This document shows, piece after piece, positions 61,959-64,000 of a stretch of DNA of 64,000 nucleotides. Each line of letters starts with the position of its first letter. Position 1 is the first letter of the stretch. The translations under genes were made by a program, and so were the position numbers. The notes below the pieces were generated by a model. It had not been told where the DNA came from. It made no database searches and worked only from the letters and a program-made list of their open reading frames with translations. Origin of the DNA: Thermoplasmata archaeon (GTDB lineage Archaea > Thermoplasmatota > Thermoplasmata > Lutacidiplasmatales > UBA184); assembly GCA_030037955.1 (NCBI GenBank), contig JASHPT010000012.1, positions 2,429 through 66,428 on the forward strand, read 5' to 3'.

Positions 61959-64000
61959 CTACGAGGGCGGTGGGGGCGGCGGAGGAGCTCCTCCGCCCGC
62001 GCCCGGAGGCACTCCTCCGGAGGCTCCCGCGGGTGGCGCGCCGGTGCCTGCCGCGCCTCCGCCCTGCCAGGCCTGGGGCGCCGGGGCAGGCTTCTTGCGG
62101 CGGGTCAGGAGCACCGCGAGCAGGATCACGATGACCGCGGCGATCACGCCGAGCAGCAGGTAGCCGGTGTCGCCGGAGAGGCCCAGGAAGCCGGTCGACG
62201 GCGCCGTCGACACCGTGATCTCGACCGCGGTGCTGGTCGCCGAGGCGCCGTTCGAGTCGGTCACCGTCGCGGTCACGTTGTAGCTGCCGGCTTTCGACGG
62301 CACGCAGGTGATCGAGGCGGCGTTCGAGGTCGTGCATCCCGTCGGGAGACCGGCCCACGCGTAGCTGTCTCCGCCGGAGCCGCCCGAGGCGGTCACGGTG
62401 AGCTTGAAGCTCGAGCCCGTCGTTCCTGACGAGGGCGCGGCGGTCGGCGCACCGATCGTGAGCGTCGGCGACACGGTGTAGCTGAACGCCGGGCTCGCGC
62501 CGGTCCCTCCGACGCTGTCGGTGACGGTCACTCCGAGGGAGAGCGCACCGGACGTGGTGAACGTGCACTGGACCGAGACGCCGGTCGGCGCGCCGCAGCC
62601 CGCTGGGAGGCCGGACCAGGCGTAGGTGAAGCCGGGGGTGCCGCCGCTCGGCGTGGCGCTCGTGAACGTGACGGTCTGCCCGACGTCGGCGCCCGACTTG
62701 GACGCCGTGATCGCCCCGACGGTCGGGAGCGGGTTCACCGCGAACGACAGCGAGGCGGACGCGTTCTGGGGGTAGGCGTCCGACGCGTTGACGCTGACCG
62801 TGTAGGTACCGACCGTGCTGGGCGTGCAGGCCACGCCGGCGGCCTCGGAGTTCGTGCAACCGGGCGGGAGCGCCGTCCAGTTGTAGGAGTAGGTTCCCTC
62901 GCCTCCGTAGGCCGTCGCGTTGAAGGTCGCGGCGAGACCGACGTCGGTCGCTCCGGAGGGAGTCGAGCTGACGGTCACCGTCACCGGGTCGGTCTGCAGG
63001 GCCACGATCCACGTGTTCCAGAGAGGGTCGGTGCCGACATACTCGCCCACCAGGTAGGCGACGGAGGAGGTCGGGTCGATCGCCCCGCCGGCATAGAGCC
63101 CCCAGTCGGCGTTGGTGGTGTACGAGGAGCTGTACATCGGCGCTCCGTAGCCGTTCGCGACCGTGTAGGGCTCGCCCGCGGACTGTCCGAAGGCGAACAT
63201 CCCCGGGTAGTAACTCGAGCTGCCGAAGGTCGAGATGATGGTGAGGTCGCCGCGGCTGTCCATCGCCATCGCGGGTACGATCAGGTCGGTCCCATCGAGG
63301 TAGACCTCCAGGTCCTGCCAGAGCGTTCCGTTCGAGGGCCAGCCCTGGTCGACCCGGACGGCGTCTTCCTCACCGTTGTAGGCATCCCAGACGCTCGAGA
63401 CGAGTCCGTTCTGCTGGTACGAGGAATCGATCGCCTGGGGAGTGCCGCCGTACAGGGTGTCGCCGGTCCCGTATTGCTCCACATCCTCCGGCGCCGCGTA
63501 GGGTCCCGTCGTCTCCATGTCGGTCTCGACGAACGTGGTCATGCCCGGCGGTGCATCGGTGACGTTCCAGGTGTCGTAGTATCCGATCGGATTGACGACA
63601 GCGAAGTACTGGCTCGGCGACTGCGTCAGCCCCTGGGTCGCCACGAAGTTGGGGACGAAGTCCCAACCGTCCGCGGAGTTCCAGTTGTCGTAGGACGTCT
63701 CCTCCCCGGCCTGCAGCTCCGTGTAGTTCAGCACCCAGAGATTGCTCTGGTAATCGCCCGTCGTCTCGTTGTAGTCGTCCAGACCGACGCCGACCATGAA
63801 CTCGCTCGTGCCGATGGTCGGGTAGTACGGGTACTCCTCCGACGGAGCGGGGATGCCCTCGTACTGCTCCCAGTCGCCGAGCGGGTTGGACGTGTCCGAC
63901 ACGGCGATCATCCAGGTGTCGGCGCTCTCGTCCGACGCCGAGGTGATCCACCGGCCGGTGAAGTTGTCGTACAGGATGTATGGGGTGATGATGAAGTCGG
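61959..64000 (-). CDS. cell-surface protein with three tandem PKD/Ig-like repeats, C-terminal TM anchor and Gly/Pro-rich cytoplasmic tail; 5' end lies beyond window
   Basis: The ORF-track start is M at 63911. The same frame stays open upstream to position 64000 (...DFIITPYILYDNFTGRWITSASDESADTWMIAVSD...), so the gene is partial. Repeats of ~87 aa (TYSYNWTALPPGC / FTYAWSGLPAGC / DSYAWAGLPTGC) at ~62210-63000. TM LLLGVIAAVIVILLAVLL, then a GGGAAGTGAPP...PPPPPPPS tail. Confidence 0.75.
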   Translation of the reverse strand, partial: DFIITPYILYDNFTGRWITSASDESADTWMIAVSDTSNPLGDWEQYEGIPAPSEEYPYYPTIGTSEFMVGVGLDDYNETTGDYQSNLWVLNYTELQAGEETSYDNWNSADGWDFVPNFVATQGLTQSPSQYFAVVNPIGYYDTWNVTDAPPGMTTFVETDMETTGPYAAPEDVEQYGTGDTLYGGTPQAIDSSYQQNGLVSSVWDAYNGEEDAVRVDQGWPSNGTLWQDLEVYLDGTDLIVPAMAMDSRGDLTIISTFGSSSYYPGMFAFGQSAGEPYTVANGYGAPMYSSSYTTNADWGLYAGGAIDPTSSVAYLVGEYVGTDPLWNTWIVALQTDPVTVTVSSTPSGATDVGLAATFNATAYGGEGTYSYNWTALPPGCTNSEAAGVACTPSTVGTYTVSVNASDAYPQNASASLSFAVNPLPTVGAITASKSGADVGQTVTFTSATPSGGTPGFTYAWSGLPAGCGAPTGVSVQCTFTTSGALSLGVTVTDSVGGTGASPAFSYTVSPTLTIGAPTAAPSSGTTGSSFKLTVTASGGSGGDSYAWAGLPTGCTTSNAASITCVPSKAGSYNVTATVTDSNGASATSTAVEITVSTAPSTGFLGLSGDTGYLLLGVIAAVIVILLAVLLTRRKKPAPAPQAWQGGGAAGTGAPPAGASGGVPPGAGGGAPPPPPPPS
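62210..63000 (-). repeat. three tandem in-frame ~260-nt coding repeats (PKD-like domains) within the surface-protein gene
   Basis: Protein-level repeat units with a conserved Y-x-W-x-G/A-L-P-x-G-C core and a T-V-T/S-D-S-x-G signature. Confidence 0.55.

Noticed and set aside
61590-62163. Short plus-strand ORFs (61590-61775, 61792-62163, 61856-62134)
   Set aside because: They overlap the SRP RNA gene, or are the antisense shadow of the Gly/Pro-rich tail of the PKD surface protein.
1-64000. Search for CRISPR arrays, transposases, integrases, IS inverted repeats, prophage genes
   Set aside because: No regularly spaced direct repeats and no recombinase/transposase-like ORFs were seen. The only CRISPR-related signal is the solo Cas4/DUF83-like gene, which occurs outside CRISPR loci in many archaea.

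Overview
This is a GC-rich (roughly 65-70%) archaeal chromosomal segment, densely packed with genes on both strands. Archaeal identity follows from PolD large subunit DP2, PurP, the L7Ae-S28e-L24e ribosomal gene cluster, archaeal TyrRS, MAP2 and RadA, class-III (pilin-type) signal peptides, and TATA boxes sitting about 25-30 nt upstream of start codons (leaderless mRNAs). Many genes appear to start on GTG. Frequent ATGA/GTGA stop-start overlaps indicate translationally coupled operons. Several of the long ORFs on the ORF track are GC-driven antisense artefacts or fusions of neighbouring genes. Real start codons were re-derived where possible by counting codons from the ORF-track ends. The window contains the following housekeeping content:
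- NAD synthesis: nadA and nadC.
- Purine synthesis: purP, purH and purC.
- One-carbon and methionine metabolism: gcvT and a tandem MetE-like pair.
- A CoxL/S/M-type molybdenum hydroxylase operon with a divergent wHTH regulator.
- A tungstate/molybdate ABC transporter with a ModE-like regulator.
- DNA replication and repair: PolD DP2, a PolX polymerase, MutY and RadA.
- Cell division and RNA processing: FtsZ and an RNase P Pop5-like protein.
- hutH, malic enzyme, Ndk, Sua5/TsaC and MAP2.

RNA genes:
- A tRNA-Arg(TCG) whose T-arm halves are separated by an insertion of about 32 nt, consistent with a non-canonical intron.
- A roughly 320-nt SRP (7S) RNA behind a strong TATA box.

Accessory and unusual content:
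- Two tandem paralogous genes for AAA_16 ATPase + TPR (STAND-like) proteins of about 810 aa, wedged between nadAC and gcvT/purP.
- A divergent sodN-sodX pair (nickel superoxide dismutase and its maturation protease), unusual for an archaeon.
- A Cas4/DUF83-like nuclease apparently split into two GTGA-coupled ORFs, each with its own hydrophobic helix. Together with a GT-C-like membrane protein and an oppositely oriented methyltransferase, it interrupts the canonical rpl7ae-rps28e-rpl24e-ndk cluster.
- A long coiled-coil protein with a C-terminal KaiC/RecA-like domain carrying a degenerate Walker A.
- A thioredoxin-fold protein with both active-site cysteines replaced by serine.
- Pilin-like, N-glycosylation-sequon-rich and PKD-repeat surface proteins.
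- A recurrent CTTAAG promoter box.
- A small-RNA candidate (TATA + long hairpin + oligo-T).

No CRISPR array, transposase or integrase was seen. All coordinates come from manual reading plus the ORF track. RNA and motif coordinates may be off by a few bases.
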